Shown here piece by piece: positions 1-9,921 of a stretch of DNA of 64,000 bases; position 1 is the first letter of the stretch; each line of letters starts with the position of its first letter. Below the pieces are notes generated by a model. It had not been told where the DNA came from. It made no database searches and worked only from the letters and a program-made list of their open reading frames with translations. The position numbers and the translations under genes are program-made. This stretch comes from a virus, in the IMG/VR virus record IMGVR_UViG_3300042923_000319, positions 8,677-72,676 of that record. One strand, 5' to 3'.

Positions 1-413
1 CGCATTGAAAATCAAAGATTTACCTGTGAAGGACGGTGTGGTGTGTGACTAGACGTAAGAGGTGGGCGTGGTTTAGAATACGGAACACCAATAAGTATAA
101 TCTAAAGAAAAACGATGTACTTCACTTGGATCATGGAATATACACTGGTGATTATTATATTGATGACATTAAATATTCAGAGGACAACTCTGATTTTGCA
201 ATGCATTTAACGGAGGTTGAACCATGACCTATCAATACTTTATATCATATGTACAACAAGGTGGACTTTTTGGTAATTGTGATATAAGTTCGACAACAAG
301 AGCAGAGGAAAATATTAGCGGATTCATTAAAGAAACAACGAAAGCTCTTGAGTCAAAAGGATTCAGTAATGTTGTCGTATTGTTCTACAAGAGGATATAG
401 CTGTGTCTATAGT

Positions 414-431
414 GTCCACTGATGTGTGGAC
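414..431. promoter_or_regulatory. 18-bp operator-like site GTCCAC-TGATGT-GTGGAC upstream of the dnaE RBS
   Basis: Member of the GTNNAC-N6-GTNNAC family seen 15 times in the window. Confidence 0.75.
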
Positions 432-451
432 AAGGAGAATAGGAGGAGACA

Positions 452-3400
452 ATGGAAATTATAGATGAGGCAGTAAATGTCCATACGCATACACAGTATT
501 CATTAATGGACTCAACAAACAAACCAAAGGAACTCGTAGCTAAAGTGAAAGCTATGGGGCAAGCATCAATATGTATTACGGACCACGGTGAAACTAGTGG
601 ATTAATCGAAGTGTATAACGAATGTAAAAAACAAGGAATTCACATGGTATTCGGTTGTGAGCACTACCTAGTACCCGATGTTTTAATCAAAGAAGGTGGC
701 TATAAGCACATCATATTTTGGGCTAAGAATAACATTGGATACAATAATTTACTCAAGCTGACCACAGAAGCACATCAGAATTTCTATCGTAAACCACGTG
801 TTGACATTGATATGATTCGTAAGTATTCAGAAGGACTTGCGATGTCAACAGCGTGTATCGGTGGATGGCTTAGAATCAAAGATGAGTATGGGAATAACAC
901 AGTTGACATAGATTTACTTGAGCAATTTATTGAAATATTCCCTAATGATCTATGGATAGAACTCCACACTTACTCTATTAATGAGCAGAAGTGGTGGAAT
1001 AGGATTCTTATTGATATAGCAGAGAAATATAATCTACCACTCATAACAGCCTGTGATGCCCATTATACAAACAAAGAAGATGCCTATGCTCATAAAATGT
1101 GGATCACACAAGGGAAAGAGCGTGAAGATGGCTACTATCAACATCCAGAGTTTTTTCTTCATAGTGGTCAAGAAATACGTGAAGCATTATCATATCTACC
1201 TAGTGACATTGTTGAAGAAGCTATAGCTAATACTAAGGTTCTCGCTGATAGTTGCCAAGTAGAAATAAAGTTTGGTGAACAGCATTATCCAAAGGTTGAA
1301 TCAGAGAATTCAAAGGAATCAGTAAGACAGATAATGTTGAAAAATTGGAGATCAAAGGTTCCAAGGAGTGAATGGAAAGATCATGAAGCACGAGTGAATC
1401 ATGAGATGCCAATCTTAGAGAAAGCAGATTATTTCCCTTATTTTCTTATTATGCATGACTTTATGGAGCACTGTCAGTCACATGGAATTCCTGTATACCC
1501 AGATTCCCGTGGTAGTGCTGGTGGCTGTGACGTAGCTTATATTATGGATATCCATAAGACTAATCCAATAAAGTATGATTTGATGTTTGCTAGGTTTCTG
1601 CATGAGGCTAGGATCACCCCATGTGACATAGATATTGATGTCTCACAGAAAAAACGTGGAGAAGCAATAGAATACATTAAAAATAAATATGGTCACGACA
1701 GAGTGTTCCAAGCAAGAACCTATGGGTACATGAGTGCTAAGGGAGCATTAAAGAGAGCTGGGAGAAGCCTTGGGTATGACCCACAGTATATTAACGATTT
1801 ATCAAAAGGTATCTCAAAGTTTGGCGATGATGAATTCAAGGGTGAAGCGAAGGATAGACATCTGCTTGACCAATTGGACGCACCTAAAGACCTTATTGAG
1901 TTAGCTAAGTCTTTCGTTGGGATACTTCAAAGTTATTCTGTACATGCCAGTGGGGTCATCGTTTTCCCAGACGATCCAAACAATTATTGTGCCATTGAAA
2001 AATCTGGTGACAATTATGTAACAGCCTATGAGTTTCATACATTGGAAAAATTAGGCATCTTAAAACTGGACATTCTTGGAATAAAAACAATAGATGTTAT
2101 CTACGATACCTTAAAACTCATAGATAATCCACCAGATATCATTAACTTACCTCCAGCAGACACGAAGACATTCGATATGTTATGCAAAGGTAAAACAGCA
2201 GGAGTATTCCAGATTGAAGGCAGAGGATTTACGCAGTTGGTTCAAGCAATTCAACCGAGAACCTTTGAAGACCTTGCTCCACTTATGGCAGTTTACAGAC
2301 CAGCTATTATATCAGCAGGATTACTTCAAACGTATATCGATAGGAGAACTGGGAAAGAGCAGGTAGAGTACCTACATCCAGACCTTGAACCTTTACTTGG
2401 ACAAGTCTATGGTCTAATGATTTATCAAGAAAATATCATTGAGGTAGCAAAGACTATCTGTGGTTATTCCGCAGGTGAAGCTGATATGATCCGTAGAGCT
2501 TGCGGTAGAAAACTCCCAGAAGAAATGGCAAAAATTAAGCCAGACTTCATACAGCACGGGATCAGCAAAGGTTACGATATAACATTCATTGAAAGATTAT
2601 GGGAATTAATTGAATTCTTTGCAGAATATGGTTTTGGGAAAGCCCACACTTACGGGTATGGGACAAGGGCGTACATTACTGCATATCTCAAAGCTAATCA
2701 CACAAAAGAATTTATGGTTTCTCTTATCAATTCAGAGGATAACCAAGAAGATACAATACCATACATTGAAGAGTGTAAATCATTAGGTATTCCAATACTT
2801 CCACCAGATTTATCCGTCTGTAATACTCAATGGATAATCGAAGGTGATTCCATTCGTATTGGCTTACATTACCTCAAAGGTGTTGGAAATAATCTCTGTA
2901 CTGATTACACAGAAACACTCAATGATATCATAGCGCATAACCATAAGAATACTATTGAATCACTCATCAAATCTGGAGCCTTGGATTACCTCGGCCACAC
3001 CCGTGCATATATGCTGACCAACCTTAGCTCACTCCAAGATACAATGAAGCGTGTTAAGCAATGCCAGCAGAAAATACGGGATAACCAAGAGTTACTGCAA
3101 TCGTCCACGCTCGACAAGGACAAGCGTAAATATGAACGACAGATAAACTCATGGACACAGAAGTTAAACGAAGCACAGGCTCACACAGAGCTTACAGAAG
3201 AGTCCTATGATGAAGTCAAGGGTGAATGTGAGGTACTTGGGTTCAGCTTCAAAGAAATTCCAAAGGTTAAACTAGGGAAACTCACAAACATATTCAAGAA
3301 GAATGATAAGAACTCACACGAGATGGCTTGGCTCACAATGGATTCAGATTATGGAGAATACCGATGTACAGTCTTTGCAAGCGGATGGAAACTCATAGCT

Positions 3401-3520
3401 GACAAAGTTATCGTTGGTGAATCATATAAGTTCATTGTTGGTGACACGAATATATTGGAAGAACTCAAGGTTAACGGTGAAGTCATTAAGTTAAACGAAA
3501 GGAAGTTTTGGAAACGATGA
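452..3520 (+). CDS. dnaE: DNA polymerase III alpha subunit (family C, DnaE-type)
   Basis: PHP motifs HTHTQYS, TDHG and DAHY; catalytic SRGSAGG and CDIDID; KLDILG; AGVFQ; YGLMIYQE; strong RBS GGAGG. Confidence 0.96.
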   Translation: MEIIDEAVNVHTHTQYSLMDSTNKPKELVAKVKAMGQASICITDHGETSGLIEVYNECKKQGIHMVFGCEHYLVPDVLIKEGGYKHIIFWAKNNIGYNNLLKLTTEAHQNFYRKPRVDIDMIRKYSEGLAMSTACIGGWLRIKDEYGNNTVDIDLLEQFIEIFPNDLWIELHTYSINEQKWWNRILIDIAEKYNLPLITACDAHYTNKEDAYAHKMWITQGKEREDGYYQHPEFFLHSGQEIREALSYLPSDIVEEAIANTKVLADSCQVEIKFGEQHYPKVESENSKESVRQIMLKNWRSKVPRSEWKDHEARVNHEMPILEKADYFPYFLIMHDFMEHCQSHGIPVYPDSRGSAGGCDVAYIMDIHKTNPIKYDLMFARFLHEARITPCDIDIDVSQKKRGEAIEYIKNKYGHDRVFQARTYGYMSAKGALKRAGRSLGYDPQYINDLSKGISKFGDDEFKGEAKDRHLLDQLDAPKDLIELAKSFVGILQSYSVHASGVIVFPDDPNNYCAIEKSGDNYVTAYEFHTLEKLGILKLDILGIKTIDVIYDTLKLIDNPPDIINLPPADTKTFDMLCKGKTAGVFQIEGRGFTQLVQAIQPRTFEDLAPLMAVYRPAIISAGLLQTYIDRRTGKEQVEYLHPDLEPLLGQVYGLMIYQENIIEVAKTICGYSAGEADMIRRACGRKLPEEMAKIKPDFIQHGISKGYDITFIERLWELIEFFAEYGFGKAHTYGYGTRAYITAYLKANHTKEFMVSLINSEDNQEDTIPYIEECKSLGIPILPPDLSVCNTQWIIEGDSIRIGLHYLKGVGNNLCTDYTETLNDIIAHNHKNTIESLIKSGALDYLGHTRAYMLTNLSSLQDTMKRVKQCQQKIRDNQELLQSSTLDKDKRKYERQINSWTQKLNEAQAHTELTEESYDEVKGECEVLGFSFKEIPKVKLGKLTNIFKKNDKNSHEMAWLTMDSDYGEYRCTVFASGWKLIADKVIVGESYKFIVGDTNILEELKVNGEVIKLNERKFWKR

Positions 3521-3813
3521 AAGTTTATGTACTAGAATATTACGATGATGAACACAGTGGCATCCATAATATTTACCTCAGTAAAGCCAAAGCGGAGCAG
3601 GACAAACTAGAGCTTGAACAAAAGGAAATCGAAAGAAGTTTCAAAGACTTGCTGAGTTATTATAATGATTTTACACCAGAGGAAAGAACCCTTGTTGAAC
3701 AAGAGGAAGGCTATGGTTTCTTCTCAGTTGAGCATGTTCAATCGATAGAGAAAGACGCGAAATCATATGTAGAATATTGGTATATCATTGATGAACATGA
3801 GGCGATCGAGTAA
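3517..3813 (+). CDS. hypothetical protein
   Basis: ATGA overlap with the dnaE stop; acidic ORF of about 98 aa. Confidence 0.65.
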   Translation: MKVYVLEYYDDEHSGIHNIYLSKAKAEQDKLELEQKEIERSFKDLLSYYNDFTPEERTLVEQEEGYGFFSVEHVQSIEKDAKSYVEYWYIIDEHEAIE

Positions 3814-3828
3814 AGAAAAAGCAGAGGA

Positions 3829-4428
3829 TTAACCTCTGCTCAACTCATATAACTTTATTAATTTATCCGCTGTATCTCCCTTGAGTAGCCACTGATACAC
3901 CTCAGTCGGTAGTTTTTCGCGTAACTCAATGAAACTATAGAATTCAGTGCGATCATCTTGGGATACATTGGCAAATTTATCAATAGTCTCTGCTGTTTTA
4001 TTGGTATCTGTGAGAACCTCTAATGTTGTTCCCAATGCAGCAGCGAATCTCTTTGCTTCACTAGCTCTTATCGGATTCTTGCGAGATTCTTTTATGTGAA
4101 TCCCTTGTCTACCTTTGAAGCCCAATGTTTTAGCAAGTTCATCCGTTGGTATCTCTTTAGCTATTCTATATTTCTTCTCATTGTCCCAAAATGGCATCGG
4201 TGTAATGAAGTAATCCCAAAGTTCTTCTATAGTCTTATCAAGGAGTATCGATGCTTTGCTTTGGAGTTCCTGTGACACTTCTTTGGTTGAATTATTTTCG
4301 ATTTCAGAGTAGTTATTAGGGTTGATACCTAAAGCTTCAGCTATGACATCTATAGTAATATGCTTGGTCATCCTGTAGGTTTTAACGTTGTTCCAAAAGA
4401 TTCTTGAATCCATTATCGTCATCTCCAT
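3829..4428 (-). CDS. transcriptional regulator with two tandem XRE-type HTH domains; candidate master repressor
   Basis: Internal duplication FWNNVKTYRMTKHITIDVIAEALG / FWDNEKKYRIAKEIPTDELAKTLG; divergent from xis; an operator copy lies in its promoter. Confidence 0.75.
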   Translation of the reverse strand: MEMTIMDSRIFWNNVKTYRMTKHITIDVIAEALGINPNNYSEIENNSTKEVSQELQSKASILLDKTIEELWDYFITPMPFWDNEKKYRIAKEIPTDELAKTLGFKGRQGIHIKESRKNPIRASEAKRFAAALGTTLEVLTDTNKTAETIDKFANVSQDDRTEFYSFIELREKLPTEVYQWLLKGDTADKLIKLYELSRG

Positions 4429-4445
4429 TTCTTTGTGTATCTATA

Positions 4446-4463
4446 GTATACCATAAAGTATAC
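4446..4463 (-). promoter_or_regulatory. operator variant GTATAC-CATAAA-GTATAC inside the putative promoter of the two-HTH gene
   Basis: Minus strand reads TTTACT-acc-GTATAC-tttatg-GTATAC-TAT, the same geometry as the TTGACA...TACAAT operator-promoters. Confidence 0.55.
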
Positions 4464-4506
4464 GGTAGTAAACACAAAATATCAAAAATATTTAGGAGGC
4501 ACTATT

Positions 4507-4686
4507 ATGAATAAACCAGAGTTTTATACCGTTGATGAGGTTAAGGAAATCTTACGAGCAAAAAAGAGAGACACTGTGTACAATATGTGTCGTGCTGGAG
4601 AAATACCAGCGATACAGTTTAATAGGGGTGGAACGTGGTTAATACCCAAGGATAAATTCCATAGAATGATTGAGCATATGATGTAA
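4507..4686 (+). CDS. xis: excisionase / recombination directionality factor (HTH_17-like), absent from the ORF track
   Basis: MNKPEFYTVDEVKEILRAKKRDTVYNMCRAGEIPAIQFNRGGTWLIPKDKF; RBS AGGAGG; adjacent to attP. Confidence 0.85.
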   Translation: MNKPEFYTVDEVKEILRAKKRDTVYNMCRAGEIPAIQFNRGGTWLIPKDKFHRMIEHMM

Positions 4687-4707
4687 TCTACGGTGTAATC
4701 AGGGAAT

Positions 4708-4737
4708 AAAAAAGAGTCCGTGAAAACCCACGGACTC
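4708..4737 (-). terminator. intrinsic terminator downstream of the attP tRNA half
   Basis: GAGTCCGTG-aaaacc-CACGGACTC hairpin followed by a T-run on the minus strand. Confidence 0.75.
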
Positions 4738-4749
4738 GCTGTTTCACTA

Positions 4750-4797
4750 TGGAGCTGATAATAGGATTTGAACCTACGACCTACTCATTACGAATGA
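4750..4797 (-). other. attP core: 3' half of tRNA-Thr(CGT)
   Basis: Reverse complement TCATTCGTAATGAGTAGGTCGTAGGTTCAAATCCTATTATCAGCTCCA gives anticodon CGT, T-arm and CCA with no 5' half; lies between xis and int; GGTGTAATC-type arm repeats at ~4680-4700 and ~4913-4934. Confidence 0.88.
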
Positions 4798-4909
4798 TAA
4801 GATATTGCAATGTGTTGACAATCGTCAACTAGCATTATCAATGGCTCAAAACTCTGGTTTCTCATTTGTGTTGACGACATGTCCACTAATTTACACAACA
4901 AAAATAAGG

Positions 4910-6109
4910 CTATGGTGTAATCGATGGTGTAATGAAATCACTCTCAAATAAATCTGCTGACTTCTGCTCTGCGAAACTAATGTAATGAGCATAGGTATCT
5001 AAGGTTATCTGCACACTAGCATGTCCAAGCCTTAATGACACTGTTTTGATATTAATATTGTTCCCAATGAGCTTCGTTGCATGTGTATGTCTAATACTAT
5101 GGAATGTTATTTTTCGTTCTATTTTGGCACTACCGCATGCAACTTGGAAAGCTCTTAGAATATTCCTTGGTTGTATACAATTGCCAGTAACGGTGTGAAA
5201 TACATATTTAGACTTTGGTGACTCACGTTTCTTATAGATTTCCTTTAGCTCAAGCAACAGGATCGTCATCGAGTGAGGTATCAGAATATTACGGATTGAC
5301 TGTTGTGTTTTCGGAAGTCCTTCTTTTAGTCCATCCCCAGGTACATATGATATATTATTATTGATAAATATTCGATTTTCCTCTGGGAAGAACTGTGACC
5401 ACCTAAGTCCAGCCATTTCACCCTCACGAATGCCTGTACAGTATGCAAGCATATAGATTACATAGGTTAGCCAGCCAGTTTTCTGTTTAGATTCTTTGTA
5501 TTGATCAAATACTCCCTTGGTGTACTTTAGTATCGCCTTATGCTCATCACTAGAAATAACAGTGATATTGCCAATAGTACCTCTTTTGCTCTTAAAGCTC
5601 TTACAGGCAGTCACAGGGTTGTCTATGACGGTTCCCTTGGTTACAGCCAGTGTAAACATATTATTCATTATGGTTCTATATTTGGTAACAGTGGATTGGC
5701 TAAGATTCCCTTTAATAACCAAATTTGACAAGTAGAATTCTATTGATTCAGTGTCTATCTTGCGAATATCATCGAAGTCAAAGTGCTTCCCTATATACTT
5801 TGATATTTCCTTGTAGTCAAAGGCTGTCTTAGGTTTCATGTGTATAGCAGCTACTTTGTTATCAAGGGAATCCTCCCAGAGTTCACGTAAACTCTTGAAT
5901 GTTATTTTCTTGCGAGAACTTATGGTGGGCAATTTGTTTTTCTCTTTAAGGTTCTGTAGTAACCTCAGTTCTCTCTCAGCTTCAGTTTTACCATTGCGAG
6001 TTTTAGTGATTTTTCTACGCTTACCATTTTGTGGTGATAGTTCTACAACAGCTTGCCATCGTCCATCTGGTAGTTGTCTAAGAAACCCAAGTCCTTTAGT
6101 GCCACTCAT
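4910..6109 (-). CDS. int: tyrosine integrase
   Basis: TGIREGE, HSIRHTHAT, LGHAS and catalytic Y in TLDTYAH; N-terminal arm-binding region. Confidence 0.95.
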   Translation of the reverse strand: MSGTKGLGFLRQLPDGRWQAVVELSPQNGKRRKITKTRNGKTEAERELRLLQNLKEKNKLPTISSRKKITFKSLRELWEDSLDNKVAAIHMKPKTAFDYKEISKYIGKHFDFDDIRKIDTESIEFYLSNLVIKGNLSQSTVTKYRTIMNNMFTLAVTKGTVIDNPVTACKSFKSKRGTIGNITVISSDEHKAILKYTKGVFDQYKESKQKTGWLTYVIYMLAYCTGIREGEMAGLRWSQFFPEENRIFINNNISYVPGDGLKEGLPKTQQSIRNILIPHSMTILLLELKEIYKKRESPKSKYVFHTVTGNCIQPRNILRAFQVACGSAKIERKITFHSIRHTHATKLIGNNINIKTVSLRLGHASVQITLDTYAHYISFAEQKSADLFESDFITPSITP

Positions 6110-6328
6110 TGTATCCCTCCTATTTACAGATTACCCATGATTTACTTGTATATTATCAATATTTGTTATGGTAAAATTGACCTATGGTTTATTAAATATA
6201 CTAGGAGATGGAGCAGATGAAAGAGTATATAGAAAGTATCAATATTAATATCATCAAAGATAACGGAATATTCAGATGGTGCTGGTATCATGGAGAATAT
6301 TGGGTAACAGAGTCTTATGAAGATGAAC

Positions 6329-6667
6329 TCATTGAGAAACTTTCCGCGAAGCTAGAGGTTTCAGCATAGCTCTAACATCAGATATCGTTAAATTAGCATC
6401 TTTAACTTCAGGTATCATCGCATATACAATGTCTTCATTAGTAGATATATGTTCAATAGACGCATTGTCCTCATCGAAATATCGAGGTGGCAATCCAGCG
6501 ATCCGAATAAGGGTCGCTTCTTTTTGTCTGCTAAGTCTTTTGGTATTTGTTGGGCTTTCAAGTGTTGAGATGTATTTCTGTGTTACTCCAATAGCCTCTC
6601 CTAGTTGAAGCTGTGTCATTCCAAGGGATTCCCTGGCATTTCTCATTTTCTCATTATAGGTTAACAA
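6329..6667 (-). CDS. XRE-family HTH regulator
   Basis: RNARESLGMTQLQLGEAIGVTQKYISTLE; RBS AGGAGAGG. Confidence 0.85.
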   Translation of the reverse strand: MLTYNEKMRNARESLGMTQLQLGEAIGVTQKYISTLESPTNTKRLSRQKEATLIRIAGLPPRYFDEDNASIEHISTNEDIVYAMIPEVKDANLTISDVRAMLKPLASRKVSQ

Positions 6668-6839
6668 AATTGAACCTCTCCTTTACAAAATAAAATAATA
6701 CCCTCAGAAAGTTCTTGACTTACAGAACCATGAGTAGTATTATGTGTTTATAGGGTAATTATACCACAAAATTACATAAAATACAGAAGAAAAATATGAC
6801 AATTTCGTTAGCATTCATTACACTCATAAAAATAAAGTG

Positions 6840-6869
6840 TTGACATGCGTATACAGATGAGTGTACAAT
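6840..6869 (+). promoter_or_regulatory. sigmaA-type promoter with embedded operator (6849-6866)
   Basis: TTGACA-tgc-GTATAC-agatga-GTG-TACAAT. Confidence 0.8.
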
Positions 6870-7007
6870 ATGGATACAGGAAAGGAGGACAGCACATGAA
6901 CAAATATGAACGAAGGCGATTCTTTGAGTGCTTAAGGATCACAATGATGGTCACAGTAATTCTAGCATCACTAAAATTTATAATGATAGGGTAAGGAGAG
7001 AACAGAA

Positions 7008-7259
7008 ATGGATAACGAAAGCAACATGAAATACATCTTAGAAAGCACCATGAGAAATGCATCAGAAAATCATGAAGCATACCAACAGTTTCAATTGGAA
7101 TATCATATGCATCTCAGTAAACGCACAGTGAAGAACATTAGCATCTTAGATTACATCGATGAGTACTTAGGAATGATCCCAGAGCTGTACAAAATTACCT
7201 GCGAGTTGCATAAGAATAAAGCTAAGGAATTTACTAAAGGGATTCATGGGGTAGCATAA
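7008..7259 (+). CDS. hypothetical protein
   Basis: RBS AAGGAG; coupled to the next ORF. Confidence 0.6.
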   Translation: MDNESNMKYILESTMRNASENHEAYQQFQLEYHMHLSKRTVKNISILDYIDEYLGMIPELYKITCELHKNKAKEFTKGIHGVA

Positions 7260-7483
7260 TGAGATTTGTTGATGGAACTAAAGAACCAACGGTAAAAGTG
7301 AACGGTGAAATTGATGAAGATGGTAATTTTGTAATATTGGTCGACAATATCCCAATAGCGTATTTAGATCACATAAATGGTAGACTAATGTTAATACGAA
7401 TTAGCTCATATAATTCAAAAGAATACTTAGAAAAACTTGGAATAGATTTTTCTACTGACTATATATCGATCAGCGTTCTGTAG
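7259..7483 (+). CDS. hypothetical protein
   Basis: TAATG overlap with the previous ORF. Confidence 0.6.
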   Translation: MRFVDGTKEPTVKVNGEIDEDGNFVILVDNIPIAYLDHINGRLMLIRISSYNSKEYLEKLGIDFSTDYISISVL

Positions 7484-7585
7484 TTAGTTTTAAGCACTAC
7501 GTAAAAATATTCGCTTATGATTGTCTACGAAACACATTAAAAACGCTTAGAGGGAGCGTGAGATACCTTAGAAATGGTTCAGTGG
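7470..7585. repeat. copy A of a dispersed ~110-bp element (CTTATGATTG...TAAAAACGCTTAGA...GCGTGAGA..CCTTAGAA)
   Basis: Similar to copies at ~8805-8916, ~10370-10480 and ~38815-38905. Confidence 0.7.
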
Positions 7586-7773
7586 TTTTTACGCCCCACA
7601 AGGTAGTCTATGGAGACATCAAAGTAGTCAGCGAGAGCTATTAAGGAAGATAGTGGGATATCAACGGTTCCTGCTTCGTATCTTCGATATTGTCTTTCGG
7701 ACAAACTAAGCGCATCCGACAATTCTTTTTGAGTTAAACCTTTATTATTTCGAAGTATTTTAAAATTATTCAT
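7579..7773 (-). CDS. XRE-family HTH regulator
   Basis: LRNNKGLTQKELSDALSLSERQYRRYEAG...LADYFDVSIDYLVGR. Confidence 0.9.
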   Translation of the reverse strand: MNNFKILRNNKGLTQKELSDALSLSERQYRRYEAGTVDIPLSSLIALADYFDVSIDYLVGRKNH

Positions 7774-7791
7774 AATTCACCTCAAAAAGTG

Positions 7792-7846
7792 TTGACAGGA
7801 CATAAAACGTCCTATATAATAAACATATGAGGACATAAGAAGTCCT
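7792..7846 (+). promoter_or_regulatory. consensus promoter with two AGGAC-N7-GTCCT operators
   Basis: TTGACA(7792)-17-TATAAT(7815); palindromes at 7797-7813 and 7830-7846 between the divergent HTH and antirepressor genes. Confidence 0.85.
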
Positions 7847-7877
7847 CCAATAAAAAACAAAGGAGACTAAAACAAAC

Positions 7878-8639
7878 ATGGAGACTAACTTAGTAAAAAT
7901 TGAAAATGGACAACCAGTAACATCCAGTAGAAAAGTAGCACAGGATTTCGAAAGACTTCATAAGAATGTATTGGTAAACGTAGAAGAAATTATTGGGGTG
8001 GCTGAGAAGTCAGCTGACCTATTCTTCAAAACAACCTACACTCATCCGCAAAACAAACAACAATATCCTGAGTACCTAATGAACCGCGACGGATTCACAC
8101 TGTTAGCAATGAGCTTTAAGGGAGCTAAAGCTATCAAATGGAAAATGAAGTACATCGCAGCTTTCAATGAGATGGAACAACAGCTTGCAACCTTGGATCA
8201 ACCATCGTATCAAATCGAGGATAAAATCAAGAGAGCTGAGAAGTGGATCGTGGAAGCTAGAGAACTCATGGATACACAATTGCAACTCCATGAAACTAAA
8301 CAACAGCTTACTGAAGCCAAACCTAAAGCCGACTTTGTAGATAAATATGTTGACAAAGGAATTACCTATAGTATTCGTCAAACAGCGAAGATTCTCAATA
8401 TCCCTGAAAGACAATTCGTTGATATTCTAATGACATCTAAAATTGTCTTTCGCCAATCTGGTTGCATTATGCCATATGCTAATAAACAAAGCGAAGGATA
8501 TTTTGAAGTAAAAGTTGGTTATAACTACGGATGGCAGTATGACCAAACACGGTTTACTACAAAAGGTATCTACTGGATTGCTAAAAGACTTAAAGACATC
8601 GCTGATCCTAATTGGGAATCAAAGTTACGCATAGCATGA
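7878..8639 (+). CDS. Rha-family / KilAC-domain antirepressor
   Basis: VTSSRKVAQDF, YLMNRDGFTLLAM (Rha); EAKPKADFVD...QTRFTTKG (KilAC). Confidence 0.9.
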   Translation: METNLVKIENGQPVTSSRKVAQDFERLHKNVLVNVEEIIGVAEKSADLFFKTTYTHPQNKQQYPEYLMNRDGFTLLAMSFKGAKAIKWKMKYIAAFNEMEQQLATLDQPSYQIEDKIKRAEKWIVEARELMDTQLQLHETKQQLTEAKPKADFVDKYVDKGITYSIRQTAKILNIPERQFVDILMTSKIVFRQSGCIMPYANKQSEGYFEVKVGYNYGWQYDQTRFTTKGIYWIAKRLKDIADPNWESKLRIA

Positions 8640-8804
8640 ATTTGTTCTGGCACATCTTGGGATTCTGTATATTCGTTTACGGAATCATAGTTTGCTACGG
8701 TAACTATCTAATGTACAAACTTTGGAGTTCATATTGTACATTGTCTGTATTCTGTGGTGTTATGAGTTCGATCATCGGACTAGCAATGATGCTCGGAATA
8801 AAAT

Positions 8805-8916
8805 GACGCTCTACAATCGTTTCTCAGCGGTTTAATCTATGTGTCACTTACGATTGCACTCGTAATACACTAAAAACGCTTAGAACTAACGTGGGACACC
8901 TTAAAAACGATTCAGT
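8805..8916. repeat. copy B of the dispersed ~110-bp element
   Basis: CTTACGATTG at 8847 and TAAAAACGCTTAGAA at 8871, the same 24-nt offset as copy A. Confidence 0.7.
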
Positions 8917-9049
8917 CCATTTAAGGAGGTGAACATCGGTGCTACAACACCAACGAGGTCATCCACTGATATTATTATATCATAAAACCATTAGAAATAT
9001 TCATGTAAATTAAAAAATATTTTCAAAGAAAATAGACGGAGGGTTAACC

Positions 9050-9274
9050 ATGATAGCAATACGTTGGACTTACACAGAAGGGTTTGGGATAAAACCAGAG
9101 CAAAAATATGACACAGTAATGGTAGAAACACAAGATGAACTAGAGGACGCACTACAAATTATCAATGATGATTACAATAGAACAATCAGTGAAGAGGACT
9201 ATGAAGTTAAAGTAGATTCTATTGAGTATTTCCAATGTACAGCAGTGGACAACCCTAAAGAATTCTTAAAATAA
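9050..9274 (+). CDS. hypothetical protein
   Basis: RBS GGAGGG; acidic ORF. Confidence 0.6.
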   Translation: MIAIRWTYTEGFGIKPEQKYDTVMVETQDELEDALQIINDDYNRTISEEDYEVKVDSIEYFQCTAVDNPKEFLK

Positions 9275-9300
9275 TTAACGAAAAGGAATGTGATGTATAA

Positions 9301-9921
9301 ATGGCAACTAACAAAACAATTAAGAGAGTCCCAGAAAAAACACCTGAAGGATTGGCAATGTGGGCTAAAGTTAATACGGTAGTAGATGAGTTTAAAGGCG
9401 GTAGAAAATACAATATCAAGCTTGAGTTACCAGAAAAAGACGAAAAAGAATTCATTGCAAAAATCGAAAAAACATACAAAGACTTTCAGGCACTACCAGA
9501 AAACAAAGGTAAACTATGGAGACCAGACGACAGAAAACGCTTAAGTTTCAAGCCAGATAAAAAATCAGGTAAAATTCAGTTTACATTCAGTACCAATGCT
9601 TTCTACAAAGACAAAGATAACAAGGAACAAAAGAAAGTTATCTCTGTTAGAAATCGCTATGGGCAACACATTGAAGACCAAGCTATCGGTAATGGTTCAT
9701 TAGTTAAAATTGGATATCTTATGAAACCATACTGGGAAAATGAAGATCAAAACGGTATCAAGCTGTACCTCAATGAGATCATCGTTAAAAAATTAGTTGA
9801 ATTTGGTAATTCTTCATTATTTGATGATGAATTTGAAGAATTTGATGGAGAAACACCAACCACAGGCAATGATGACTTCCCAGATGATGACGATGATTTT
9901 CCAGACAAAATCAATATCTAA
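9301..9921 (+). CDS. single-stranded DNA-binding protein (T7 gp2.5-like)
   Basis: TPEGLAMWAKVN, IGNGSLVKIGY and a very acidic C-terminal tail. Confidence 0.75.
   Translation: MATNKTIKRVPEKTPEGLAMWAKVNTVVDEFKGGRKYNIKLELPEKDEKEFIAKIEKTYKDFQALPENKGKLWRPDDRKRLSFKPDKKSGKIQFTFSTNAFYKDKDNKEQKKVISVRNRYGQHIEDQAIGNGSLVKIGYLMKPYWENEDQNGIKLYLNEIIVKKLVEFGNSSLFDDEFEEFDGETPTTGNDDFPDDDDDFPDKINI

Noticed and set aside
4750-4797. Functional tRNA gene on the minus strand
   Set aside because: Only the anticodon-to-CCA half is present, with no D-arm or 5' acceptor strand; better explained as attP
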